DNA of 47,561 bases from a virus (Duplodnaviria; Caudoviricetes): IMG/VR virus record IMGVR_UViG_3300032328_000352, positions 1-47,561 of that record; one strand, written 5' to 3'. Positions 28,778-38,700 of this stretch are shown in pieces (position 1 is the first letter of the stretch; each line of letters begins with the position of its first letter). A program made the translations under genes and the position numbers. The notes below the pieces were generated by a model. It was not told where the DNA came from and did not search any database. It was given only the letters and a program-made list of their open reading frames with translations.

Positions 28778-29731
28778 TTAACTTCTTGAAACTTGGCCTG
28801 GGAAGACCCTTCCAGGGCCACTTCCAGAGCCACCGCTAGCCTGTACGTTAGTGCCAACTCTTGGTCGTGGTGCTTCTCTAATATCACGCGCCATAAACGA
28901 GTAAGTTTCCAGAACAGGATCACCCTCTGGGGTGTATTCTGTTTGACGCGAAACAAGTTCTACATTCTCTATAAGAATTCTCATACTATTGTCGTCTTGA
29001 TCGGATTCAACAAGTCTTTCGTTGATATCGCCCATCATAGCTGTAGAGCTGAGGAATTTCTGCCTTAGCTCTTCCGATCTCTGTTGAGGTCCATTACCAG
29101 ACAGTGAGGTGTCTTGCACTCCATAAACCACTACGAGGTTAAAAGGAGGGTGAACGCTGAAGAGGTGCTTCTGGCCTTGATCAAGATTGGAGTCATAGTT
29201 TCTACGCCAATAGGTTTCTATATTGGCATCGTCTTCATTGAGACCTCTTACTGGATATAGCGTCCCTTGATTACTGCGCTGGCTTCTGACACTAGCTGCT
29301 TTTGCTACTTTCTCGGTTACAAATCCAGGTGAGGGAGTGATAACGCTAAACGCACCAGTTACGATTCTTGTGCCTCTCAACATGGTGTCATAGGTATAAG
29401 ACCAAAAACCATAAAGAGGTTGCTTGTTTTGCTGGACGTTATATCCAAACTGATAAATAGGAAGAACATCTTGGGGTTCAGTGAGGCCTTCAATATAAAC
29501 CTGAATATCTTGACCAGTGAAGAAGTAGTCGAAGTAGTTATTCAGCTGGAAGTAATCATCATATCCAGTATATAGATTAGCCCACTCCTCATAGATGGCA
29601 ACTTCGTCAGCTGATCCCCAGCCGTACTGGGTTGGAAAACGATTCTGAGTAGGACTGTTTGATACGCTAGCCCCTACACTTCCGGCTCTATTTTGATTTC
29701 CGCCTGTAGTCGTATATTGAGATCCAGTCAT
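28778..29731 (-). CDS. Tail tube-like protein paralog 3 (minor tube / initiator)
   Basis: FTGQDIQVYI..FGYNVQQNKQPLYG..RGTRIVTGAF..HPPFNLVV..ETYSFMARDI shares motifs with the two upstream tube genes. Confidence 0.75.
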   Translation of the reverse strand: MTGSQYTTTGGNQNRAGSVGASVSNSPTQNRFPTQYGWGSADEVAIYEEWANLYTGYDDYFQLNNYFDYFFTGQDIQVYIEGLTEPQDVLPIYQFGYNVQQNKQPLYGFWSYTYDTMLRGTRIVTGAFSVITPSPGFVTEKVAKAASVRSQRSNQGTLYPVRGLNEDDANIETYWRRNYDSNLDQGQKHLFSVHPPFNLVVVYGVQDTSLSGNGPQQRSEELRQKFLSSTAMMGDINERLVESDQDDNSMRILIENVELVSRQTEYTPEGDPVLETYSFMARDIREAPRPRVGTNVQASGGSGSGPGRVFPGQVSRS

Positions 29732-29740
29732 GACAATCCT

Positions 29741-30343
29741 TTACTCAGTTGGAAATCCAAGACCAACGGGGGGAGGTGTATACTCAAAACCTTCTGGAAC
29801 AAAGGGAGTAAGAGGCTGGATTCCACGAGCTACATAAGTAAAAGTCTGCTCGGTCACAAGGTCTTCAATAGACATTGTTCCACCTTCGTCAACAATAGTA
29901 ACGCCATAAATTCTCATCTTTGCAAATTTTCCATACTCATTGCTGAAGGTAAGAGAGACATCAAAAGGTGGAAGCATGTCAGAAAGAGGATACATCTGAT
30001 GTATGCCGCCCTTTCTTTCGATGAGGTTTTTGTACTGCTCTAATCTGTAGAAAGCATAGCCGTTGAATACGGTGAAGATAAGAGATCCAGCGATGGTTCT
30101 AGGACCTCTTACGAACCCTCTAGGATTGACTCTACCGATAGTTCTTACAGGCTTGTTCTCTCTGTGTATGGAGTATGAGATAGTCTGTAGTTCGCCCAAC
30201 GTCAAAGGCTTATCTTCATTTGGAAGAAGAATCTCTGCAACTATGTCTGCGCCGGAAAACGAATCGTAAACATAGTTACTATCATATCCCAATTTAGTGT
30301 AGTCTCTGTATCCCAGCACTGGGACAATGTCTTCTGAAGCCAT
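29741..30343 (-). CDS. Tail tube-like protein paralog 2
   Basis: FSGADI..GELQTISYSIHRENKPVRTIG..RGPRTIAGSLIF..PPFDVSLTFSNEYG..TFTYVAR. Confidence 0.8.
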   Translation of the reverse strand: MASEDIVPVLGYRDYTKLGYDSNYVYDSFSGADIVAEILLPNEDKPLTLGELQTISYSIHRENKPVRTIGRVNPRGFVRGPRTIAGSLIFTVFNGYAFYRLEQYKNLIERKGGIHQMYPLSDMLPPFDVSLTFSNEYGKFAKMRIYGVTIVDEGGTMSIEDLVTEQTFTYVARGIQPLTPFVPEGFEYTPPPVGLGFPTE

Positions 30344-30355
30344 GATACTCCCTTA

Positions 30356-30393
30356 AATAAAAAAGAGCAGGAGGAAAATCCCCCTGCTCTTTT
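30356..30393 (-). terminator. Intrinsic terminator after the major tube gene
   Basis: Minus strand reads AGAGCAGGGGGA-TTT-TCCTCCTGCTCT followed by TTTTTATTT. Confidence 0.85.
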
Positions 30394-30413
30394 AGTAACT
30401 CTTAGTTTAAGAA

Positions 30414-31076
30414 TTAAATACCGGCAATAGCCGCATCGTTTACGCCGTTAGCCAACTGAGTGAACGCGCGGTTTGTTGGTACCATTGGACCGATTTCGCG
30501 AGCAACGAATGTCATTGTCTCTTCGATCATGATGTCGTCCATCGAGGTACCCGAACCTTCGTTAAGAAGCTCTACACCGTAGATCGACTTAACTGCAGCC
30601 TGACCATACTCGTTGGCAAACGTTACCGTAACATCAAATGGGGGAATCTGATCGGCATAGTATGGCATAACGCCCATGACGCCGGAGGCATCGTTCTCTA
30701 CGCTAGAGATAGCTCCAGCATATTGCTTGTTGTTGGTTGAACCAAGGTTTGGAAGGACGTTCCAAGCTCTTGTGTAAATCTTGAAGGCCTCATTGTTGAT
30801 ATTCTTGGAAAGAAGATCATACAACGCAGGACGGTCAAACGTGGTAAAGATCAAGCTACCGGCAATACCGCGCTTGCCACGTGAGAATGAACGGGGGTTT
30901 GGCGAACCCATTGTGTAGATAGGAGCCTTCTCTCTGGTTACCGACCAGGTAATTCCAGAAAGAGTTCCGATTGGAGTTCCGCCAAAAGAACATACGATGT
31001 CTGAACCTGAGAACGTGGTATACGTCTGAGTATACTTAGATACGCCATCATTTCTATCGCCAAGATATTCTGCCAT
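30414..31076 (-). CDS. Major tail tube protein
   Basis: Follows the sheath gene; FSGSDI..ITWSVTREKAPIYTMG..RGKRGIAGSLIF..PPFDVTVTFANEYG..MTFVAR; AAAGGA RBS and a downstream terminator. Confidence 0.82.
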   Translation of the reverse strand: MAEYLGDRNDGVSKYTQTYTTFSGSDIVCSFGGTPIGTLSGITWSVTREKAPIYTMGSPNPRSFSRGKRGIAGSLIFTTFDRPALYDLLSKNINNEAFKIYTRAWNVLPNLGSTNNKQYAGAISSVENDASGVMGVMPYYADQIPPFDVTVTFANEYGQAAVKSIYGVELLNEGSGTSMDDIMIEETMTFVAREIGPMVPTNRAFTQLANGVNDAAIAGI

Positions 31077-31137
31077 GATATTATCCTTTCTATCGTCACT
31101 TTTTCAGTGACATCTAAAGTAAAGTAAGATGGTCTAA

Positions 31138-31168
31138 AGGGGGCCCCAGCCTTTGCCGGGAACCCCCT
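31138..31168 (-). terminator. GC-rich hairpin between sheath and tube genes (weak terminator or RNA stability element)
   Basis: AGGGGGTTCCCGGC-AAAG-GCTGGGGCCCCCT with G-U pairs and only a short U run. Confidence 0.55.
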
Positions 31169-31191
31169 GAGACTAATAGCCGACCAAGCTA

Positions 31192-32427
31192 TTAGAAGTT
31201 AACTGAAACGCGTACGACGATTTCGCGAAGCTCGAAAGCTGGGCGAATGGCCAAGTCGACAATGGCCTTATTCTCTGCTGGAATGTAACTAACTCTAAAG
31301 TCGCTAGAGATAAGCGCTCCAAGGATCTGCATACCGCGAAGAGCCGAAGAAAGCTGCGTCTCGAAAGAGTTACGGTTGGCGATTGTAGCCGCTTCTCCGA
31401 CGTAGTTTTGCGAGATAGAGCGAACAATCTTAACCGCATCGAAAGTAATACGAAGTGTAGTCAGGCGCTCGTAATCCGAACCATCCTTACCAAACGTTGT
31501 ACCATCAGTCCAACGAGCAACTCTTTGAAGGTCAAGCGTTACTGGAACAAGACCCTTGTTAGCGATGGTCTCAGCCTGGGTACGAGTTGGGTTCCAACGA
31601 ACACGGTCCGTGTTGTAAACAACCTTACCAGTAGTAGCCGACCAAGCATCAAGTCTTTGAACCGAACCAGCGTAGAGCGATGCACCGTTGCTGAAGCCCC
31701 AAGTACTGGGGACACCAACTAGTCTAAGCTCAGAAGCCACAATCGAAAGATAGTGACCATTAGTGAGCGTAGCGCGATCTACCAGGTTAGAAAAGCCCAA
31801 ATGCGTTGTCAACGCAGCGGCAGTGAAAGAGCCATCAGCGTTTGCTACACCGATATAAGGCTTAACGCCCATAATCGCATGGGTTGGCGCTGAACGACCA
31901 GTAATCGTGGCACACATATCCGAGACTTTCTTAGCCCAGCTGTTTGTAGCAGTAGCTGAGTTATCGGCATAGAAGTAGTCGAAGCTACCGTCGTTACCTG
32001 GTGTAGCTGGTGATTCCCAGTGAGTCGAGTTAGAACCCGCTCCCCAAGGAACAATTACGTCAACTTGAGCAGCTTCTGCGGCTTCGAAGGCGGCGTTAAA
32101 AACGTCACCACCGTAAGCTGAAGAAGTAACTGTAGCGGTAGTATGGTTGAATACCGAGTCTGATGGAAGTGCAACAAGAATAATTCTTTGAGCACCGCCA
32201 GAGATCAGTTCAACGAATGCCTTGTGGAGATTTGAATTCTCTCCAAAAGCATCGATTACGTCGCTTTCCGATGTCGCTTCATATGCGTCTAGATCTCTAA
32301 CGCCACCAGTAGCATCCGCAGTAGAACGCTTGGCAATAGCGCATACACGAGGGCCGACTGGAACATCCGTTCTAGACAGGGCAAAGAAACGATCCTGAAT
32401 TTGTACTGAAACGCCGGGGAGAGCCAA
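31192..32427 (-). CDS. Tail sheath protein (major)
   Basis: MALPGVSVQI N-terminus; C-terminal DGTTF..SDYERLTTLRI..YVGE..VDLAIRPAFELREIVVRVSV sheath domain; TTG start with GGAGG. Confidence 0.9.
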   Translation of the reverse strand: MALPGVSVQIQDRFFALSRTDVPVGPRVCAIAKRSTADATGGVRDLDAYEATSESDVIDAFGENSNLHKAFVELISGGAQRIILVALPSDSVFNHTTATVTSSAYGGDVFNAAFEAAEAAQVDVIVPWGAGSNSTHWESPATPGNDGSFDYFYADNSATATNSWAKKVSDMCATITGRSAPTHAIMGVKPYIGVANADGSFTAAALTTHLGFSNLVDRATLTNGHYLSIVASELRLVGVPSTWGFSNGASLYAGSVQRLDAWSATTGKVVYNTDRVRWNPTRTQAETIANKGLVPVTLDLQRVARWTDGTTFGKDGSDYERLTTLRITFDAVKIVRSISQNYVGEAATIANRNSFETQLSSALRGMQILGALISSDFRVSYIPAENKAIVDLAIRPAFELREIVVRVSVNF

Positions 32428-32478
32428 CTTCGAACCTCCATAACATATATAAAATTGGTATAGGTCACAACCTATTCT

Positions 32479-32487
32479 TATAGTACC
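32479..32487 (-). promoter_or_regulatory. Putative late promoter motif (GGTACTATA) upstream of the sheath gene
   Basis: Lies in an AT-rich intergenic gap; the same GTACTATA core occurs upstream of the neck adaptor gene. Confidence 0.45.
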
Positions 32488-32530
32488 ATATTAGTTTGAA
32501 TATTTACAGAATATAGTCAAACTCCCATAA

Positions 32531-33202
32531 TCATGTATTAGGGGTGGCCTGGTCATTTATCTGGACACTCACGTTAGGAGTGGCGAGATTTAAAGATTCG
32601 TACTGGACGTGCTTATCCCACCACACTCTGGCGTCAATAAGAATAGATTCAATTCTATCTCTTTCTACCTTTTTGATCTTTTGCAGCATAACTCTATAGA
32701 CAGTTGTTCTAACGCACATATCTCTTCCGATACGAGCATCTTCTCTATCAGGATATCTTCTACTGTATAGCAACTCAGCTGTTCCCACCTTCTTGAGGAC
32801 AGGTGTGGATTCAATCATGAAGTCTTCAAAGGCTTCAATAATTTCTTCAGCTACTCTAGGATTTCTATGAACAGCTGCAAATGAAATAAAGTTGTCAAAA
32901 GACTGCATCCAGATTTCAATATCTTTACCTGAAGCAGTATCTCGAATGACTTCAATCATTCTGGCTTTTGAGTAATCCTTAGTCGTAGCTCTTGATTCCA
33001 AGCCATACACTATATATCCATTATCTGGGTCTGATATACCTTCCGCCGCTGCGGGAACAAACTTCACATCAGGATGACCTTTTTCCCATAGATATCCAAT
33101 GAAATCAATAAGCTTTAAATACTGAAGATTACCATCAGATTTAAGGTGATTAGATTTATCAATAGGTGGATAGCTTTCGTAGTTAGAATAGTTAAATTCC
33201 AT
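32531..33202 (-). CDS. Putative tail completion/terminator protein
   Basis: Position between neck and sheath genes; alpha/beta pattern (FDNFISF..PRVAEEIIEAFEDFM..RTTVYRV). Function inferred from synteny. Confidence 0.55.
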   Translation of the reverse strand: MEFNYSNYESYPPIDKSNHLKSDGNLQYLKLIDFIGYLWEKGHPDVKFVPAAAEGISDPDNGYIVYGLESRATTKDYSKARMIEVIRDTASGKDIEIWMQSFDNFISFAAVHRNPRVAEEIIEAFEDFMIESTPVLKKVGTAELLYSRRYPDREDARIGRDMCVRTTVYRVMLQKIKKVERDRIESILIDARVWWDKHVQYESLNLATPNVSVQINDQATPNT

Positions 33203-34488
33203 TAGACACCTGGCCCTACTTCTACTGTGAAATAGATTTGTCGTATTCCGTAGAAAGGAGTTATAGCCACGTTGACGTTAACCTTGCCTGGATCACTACG
33301 ATCTTTATCTATGCTCAACTGAAAATTCTTTATGATATTAGATTTTACCAGATTGGATAAATAATCGAATACAGCTTGTTTGAAGCCAGAAAAATCAGTC
33401 GTGCCTATCCATCCATAACCCATTGCTCTAATCGTATTGGAGCATTTGGCAACTACTCTCATCTGAGAGAGTGACCAGAAATCGGATCCATCAGATGCTA
33501 GGGTATTATCTGATAGTACTACGGTTTGGAATGGAGCGCCGCGCTTTGACTTTTGGGTTCTTACCGCAGGATTGAGCTTGGCGTTCACTAAAGAGTTTAA
33601 TTGGGCTTCTGTATAATCAAAGCCATCTAAGTTTATAACGTTGGTTAGCTTTGAATAAGCTATGCCACGATCTAATGTTATGGTCGCCATATTGGCTGCT
33701 ACTTGCGCAGATATAGATGTCTTATGAGTAAAGCTCATCTGGGGCATGCTGACAGCGCCCTCACCTACCGCAATGGTCACGTACTTGTTTCCAGTGGAAG
33801 CTGGTATAGTCCCCGCCAAAGAAACCATTTCATTGATAGAGTCAACCATCGAAACAGTACTTGGTCTACGAGTTCCGAGAACACCTAAGACAGCCATTCC
33901 GGTACTAGCATGTGATTTTTCGCAGAATCTTACTAGTTGTCCGGCGAAGTCCACTCCGCCAGCGTGTCCGAAAGACGCCTCTAACGGAACTACTATCTCC
34001 GCAAAATCATAGCTTGTCAAAAGAGCGTACGACTCTTCAAGTCTTTCGTAGTATTTTTGATAGAAGTTTAACGCATCAACTGTTATCGTATAGGGAAATC
34101 CACCATCTATGTCAAAGGGTATGTCCATCTGGTCATAAGAACCTGGAGCACCACCGTCAATGGTTATTAAATCCTGAGTAAAATCAAGGCGAAGATCCAC
34201 ATCGGCAACATACTCATCCATTGGAGCAACTGCCATAATCCAAACATCTCTAGCCCCAGCGTTGTAAACCTCTAGCAACCCTCTAACAAGGGGCGAGGTA
34301 GAATCTGCTTGCAGATCGTTGATAGCCTCTTGCACGTCATTAACCTGGTATGGGTCGTTAATGCTTAGACCATCTGAGTGGCCTAACAGAAGAATGCGTG
34401 ATGTGTTACCAAAACCCATAGATCTATATTGAGACGACTGCCTCATATTACCTGTGATACTAGGTTTTGCGATTAAGCTCGATGCCAT
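33202..34488 (-). CDS. Second tail sheath-like protein
   Basis: SPLVRGLLEVYNAGARDVW and C-terminal DNTLA..GSDFWSLSQMRV..VNVAITPFYGIRQIYFTVEV parallel the major sheath. Confidence 0.8.
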   Translation of the reverse strand: MASSLIAKPSITGNMRQSSQYRSMGFGNTSRILLLGHSDGLSINDPYQVNDVQEAINDLQADSTSPLVRGLLEVYNAGARDVWIMAVAPMDEYVADVDLRLDFTQDLITIDGGAPGSYDQMDIPFDIDGGFPYTITVDALNFYQKYYERLEESYALLTSYDFAEIVVPLEASFGHAGGVDFAGQLVRFCEKSHASTGMAVLGVLGTRRPSTVSMVDSINEMVSLAGTIPASTGNKYVTIAVGEGAVSMPQMSFTHKTSISAQVAANMATITLDRGIAYSKLTNVINLDGFDYTEAQLNSLVNAKLNPAVRTQKSKRGAPFQTVVLSDNTLASDGSDFWSLSQMRVVAKCSNTIRAMGYGWIGTTDFSGFKQAVFDYLSNLVKSNIIKNFQLSIDKDRSDPGKVNVNVAITPFYGIRQIYFTVEVGPGV

Positions 34489-34491
34489 AGT

Positions 34492-34887
34492 TTAGTTGAG
34501 CCTCTCTTGCGTTACGCCCGTAATCCAGAAGATCACTTGACCGCCAGCTCCACGCATGGGAAGTGCTTCGTCTATGATCCAAGTACTCTGACCGACTCTT
34601 CGTTCTGCATCGTCGTACTCATAAATGCGATCACCGCTATATGGATATGCTCCTTTACGAAAGAAGTAGATTCTCTCTGAAGTAGCAACTAGTCCTTCCA
34701 TCTTATCTTGCATCAGGGTTGGTAATCCACGAGTAGCGGGAACCATGTGTCTCACCGTGTGACGTTGTAGATTTGTTTCGTACTCTGCTGCGTTTGTTAA
34801 CGTGGAATTTTGTTTTCTTTTTTGAAGAAGGATGTCGTGACCATATGTTTTAATGATGTTATCGAAATCCTGAATCATTTGATCCAT
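34492..34887 (-). CDS. Putative head-closure/neck protein
   Basis: IIKTYGHDILLQ..RIYFF..PYSGDRIYE..WIIDEALPMRG pattern of stopper proteins; neck position. Confidence 0.6.
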   Translation of the reverse strand: MDQMIQDFDNIIKTYGHDILLQKRKQNSTLTNAAEYETNLQRHTVRHMVPATRGLPTLMQDKMEGLVATSERIYFFRKGAYPYSGDRIYEYDDAERRVGQSTWIIDEALPMRGAGGQVIFWITGVTQERLN

Positions 34888-35696
34888 TAGTCGAATCTCC
34901 TAAGCTTTCTTTCCGGCATAGGATTGCACCAGGCACTGCCTCTGACTACCGACTTCATATTGTTGCGAGACCACATCAGCTCATCTCTCAATAGAGATGC
35001 CAGCTCACACCAGTTGGCAGCGTTTCCTCTATACAGACTATCTCTTGAGTTAGAGGTACCTGCGCCGCGCTTAACCTGTAGGTCGCCCAACATATATTCA
35101 CTGGCCGTAGTAAATCCACCAATGCCACCACCGAAATAGTGAATCTTAGATAGTTCACACATTACAGAAGCTAAGATGTATTCTTCTATCTGTGATGTTA
35201 TTTCTACGTTTTCTCCAAACCAATCTTGAATCTCAAGAGAAACTCTATAGATAATTTCTGCAGCTTCTACAAAATCTACATCAGAATAGAATGTTTCAAT
35301 TACAGATGGATCTAGATACAATGGAGTCAATTCACCTAAGAAGTTATACTCTACCGTTTCGCCCAAAATTACAGCTGGTTCCGAAGTGCCAATATAAAAG
35401 GTTCTCTCATTACTGACTTGAGAGGGAGTAGCTCCGGGCAGTGTACCGGAAAAGATTAGTTTAAACTTACCATCTTCTATCGGAGTCCAGTCGTAATAAT
35501 AAATACCAGTAGACTGTTGAACAATAGGAGTTAAGGTTGACTGTAGGACGTACACATTTGTAGTTTCACTGTACTTGTACAACGCTCCAGTAACAACAGC
35601 TGGATCCAAGAGTTCGTCTGTATTGGCGAAAAAGTCATAGTCAACAAAGCGTACAGATACACGTATCTTCTGGCCAGGCTTTATATTAGAGGGCAT
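34887..35696 (-). CDS. Putative head-tail adaptor with N-terminal Ig-like domain
   Basis: Start moved to ATG 35696 (MPSNIK) because AGGTGG lies just upstream. Ig-like STGIYYYDWTP..GKFKLIFSG is followed by a helical adaptor part with YMLGDLQV. Confidence 0.6.
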   Translation of the reverse strand: MPSNIKPGQKIRVSVRFVDYDFFANTDELLDPAVVTGALYKYSETTNVYVLQSTLTPIVQQSTGIYYYDWTPIEDGKFKLIFSGTLPGATPSQVSNERTFYIGTSEPAVILGETVEYNFLGELTPLYLDPSVIETFYSDVDFVEAAEIIYRVSLEIQDWFGENVEITSQIEEYILASVMCELSKIHYFGGGIGGFTTASEYMLGDLQVKRGAGTSNSRDSLYRGNAANWCELASLLRDELMWSRNNMKSVVRGSAWCNPMPERKLRRFD

Positions 35697-35733
35697 AAAG
35701 GAAACCACCTTTATCAGAGATCTTACATTTAAG

Positions 35734-35741
35734 TATAGTAC
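35734..35741 (-). promoter_or_regulatory. Putative late promoter motif GTACTATA upstream of the neck genes
   Basis: Intergenic, about 40 nt before ATG 35696; same core as 32479-32486. Confidence 0.45.
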
Positions 35742-35754
35742 TTGTGTAAGGAAT

Positions 35755-38700
35755 TTAGTCTATCTTTTTAAAGGAACTGAGTATCACGCTTCTACTGGAG
35801 ACAAGTATCTCTAGTTCTGGAGAAATTGTGGTTCCCTTATCGGAATTAAGATGAGTATAAGTTCCAGAAAGTGGTATAACTTTCGTAGTACCAGTGAAAA
35901 GCTTTTCAATGTTCGGCAAATAAACACTGCCAAATCCATCTATAGTGACTGGATATACTATCAGACCCTGACCGAACTGGATCGTGACGTTATTAACGAT
36001 ACCTGTTGCGTTAATGGTTGAAGGAACGGATACAACACTAATAGATGTGATAGCATTATTGACAGCTCCGGAGCCAGTGTAAGTCGTCGTATTAACATTT
36101 CCAGAAGCTTTTCCAGTAGTATTGTAGACGTTACCGGCTGCGTCGACGGTCAATGCTGTCAAGGTAACTGTTCCGCTTATATTAGGCGTGTTAACAGTAC
36201 CGATTGCAGAAATCAGAACTGCAGACGTAGTTCCAGAAGTCCTTAGAGAAGCGGCTCCGATAGAACTTGATCCAATAAAGGTTGTAGCTATTGAAGTGGC
36301 AGTGGAAGTTCTTGAAGGAGTGTAGACTGCTCCGGAAGCAGAAACTACTATTCCAGTTACAGCAATTATTGAGCCAACCAATGGAACAGGTACCGAAGTT
36401 GTACCGTTTATTGTTGAAACGGTAGCATAAGACATTACGACAAACGTGCTATTAGATATAGAGCTGGTTCCAGTTACTGTGCTACCCACAGCATTTCCTG
36501 GTATAGAGAACGTGGCACCATTGATGGAAGCGGCAGCGGCGATAGTTGTAGATCCCGCATTGCCAGACGCTCTTGCTACAGCAGCATTAACTGATCCAGT
36601 ACCTGAAATAGTCGCAACAGAGAATGTAGGTACTGACACAATAATAGGTGTATTAATAGTTCCAGTACCTTGAACCGTAAAGGTAATAACCACTCCTTGA
36701 CCTGGTAGCTGAGGAGTGTAAACTGTGCCCGTACCTGCGAAAGTGGAAATTACAGCTGTACCTGTAATTGCAAAAGTTGGTGTATAAACCGTGCCAATGC
36801 CGTTGAAGGTTGTCGTTACGGCAACGCGAGAATAAGAAATAGCTGGTGTATAGACTGTACCAGTAGAAGATACAGTAGAAACACTTACATTTCCAGAGGC
36901 TGCTACGACAGTTGTTCCAAAAGAAGTTGTCGCAGAATGTGTTGTCAGTATAACTGTTCCGGTTGTCCTATATGTCGCAGAATAAACAACGGTTGTTGTA
37001 TTTACGGTAGTAGAAACTACATTGCCGGAAATGCTTGCGGTTGGCGCATTAAAGCTACCCGTTCCAAGTACTGTAGCTGTTCCTGCATTACCTAATACTT
37101 GCTGCGTAGAGGCATTGACAGTACCTGAACCAGTTAACGTCAATCCTGCCATATTAGAAGAAGCAAGTACAGTCGTTCCTTGAACTACACCAGATGCAGA
37201 GAATACAATTTGTGCTGCATTGCCAGATGCGGTAATGCTAATCGAATTAATCGTTCCTGTTCCGATTATGGTTGAAGCTACGGCTACAGCATTCGCTGTA
37301 TTAGATATAGTAGGTGTGTATATGACTATGGATCCATTTACAGTGGACACGCTGATATTTGAAGCACCAGAACCCACTGAAGAACCAAAGCTACTAGTTC
37401 CGATGAATGCAGAAATTGCTATATTAGCCGTAGTTGCATAAGTGCTAGAGTAAACTGTTGTGGTACCTACGTAAGTTGAACCAGAGATATTAGAGGCACC
37501 GCGAACGGTTACTGACTGAACTACGCCGGTAGTAGCTAAGGTAGTTCCCGTAACAGTTCCGGGGGCGGTAATAACTACGCCATTAATAGTTGAAGTACCA
37601 ACGAATACAGTTGGTGAAGCAAAGGTTCCAAGAACTAGTGCTGGCGTATACACTACAAAAGTAGTATTCAATGTAGAGATAACAGCTGTTGCCGAAGAAG
37701 ATGCACTAATATTATTTGTAGTTCCGATACCAGTGTACGTCGCACCCGCGATATTTGACGTGCCAACGACTGTAGTATTCTGAACTGTGCCCGTCCCGGA
37801 AACCACAGTAACCGTATAACGATTACTAATCGAGAAGGTCGGGGAAGGTATTGAGAAGGTCGAAACAAATGTCGATCCAACTACATTTCCAGAGATATTA
37901 AACGTTGGCGCATAAACAGTACCGGTTCCATTGAATGTAGTTCCGGTAATTATTAAAGCCGTAGTTATAGCTGGAGCATAGACGGTTCCAGTTCCACTGA
38001 ACGTGGTTGCTACATATCTTCCTGAAGCGGAAATAACAGAAGTACCAAATGAGCCCGTTCCAACTAATGTGCTTGTAGTCGTATTGGCAGAAGCTGTATT
38101 GGTCGGAGCGAAATAAGTACCTGTTCCAGAATAAGTTGCTCCCGCAGCAGAAGAAGACACCAAAATTGTAGTACCTTGTACAGCTCCAGTTCCCGAAAAG
38201 GTTGTAACACCAGCAACTCGTGAAGACGATGTCAGGGCCGTGTAAACCGTTCCAGTGCCCGTTGCGGTCGTTGTAGCGGTATTACCAGAAGCAGAAATAA
38301 CTGGAGTATAAACAACGAAGGTAGTACCAAGAGTTACTGCAACCACAGTTGTACTAGCAGAAGTACTAATGACGGGGGTGTATATAGTGGTAGTTCCACT
38401 AAAGGTCGTAGTAGAAACGTTGCCAGAAGCCGAAATGGTTATACCATTAGTGGTACCAGATCCATTATAAGTAGAAGAAATAACCGTAGCTGAAGCAGTG
38501 GTTCCAGCAGCGTTTACGGTACCTGTACCGGCGTAAGTTGTACCACCTACGTTTCCAGAGGTAGTAAGAGTGACTCCTTGAGCAGTGCCCGTACCAGCGT
38601 ATGTTGTACCTACCACGTTTCCAGAAGCTCTGATGGCAATTGCTTGAACAACGCCCGTACCGCTATAAGTATTCGTTACTACAGTACCAGATGCCGATAT

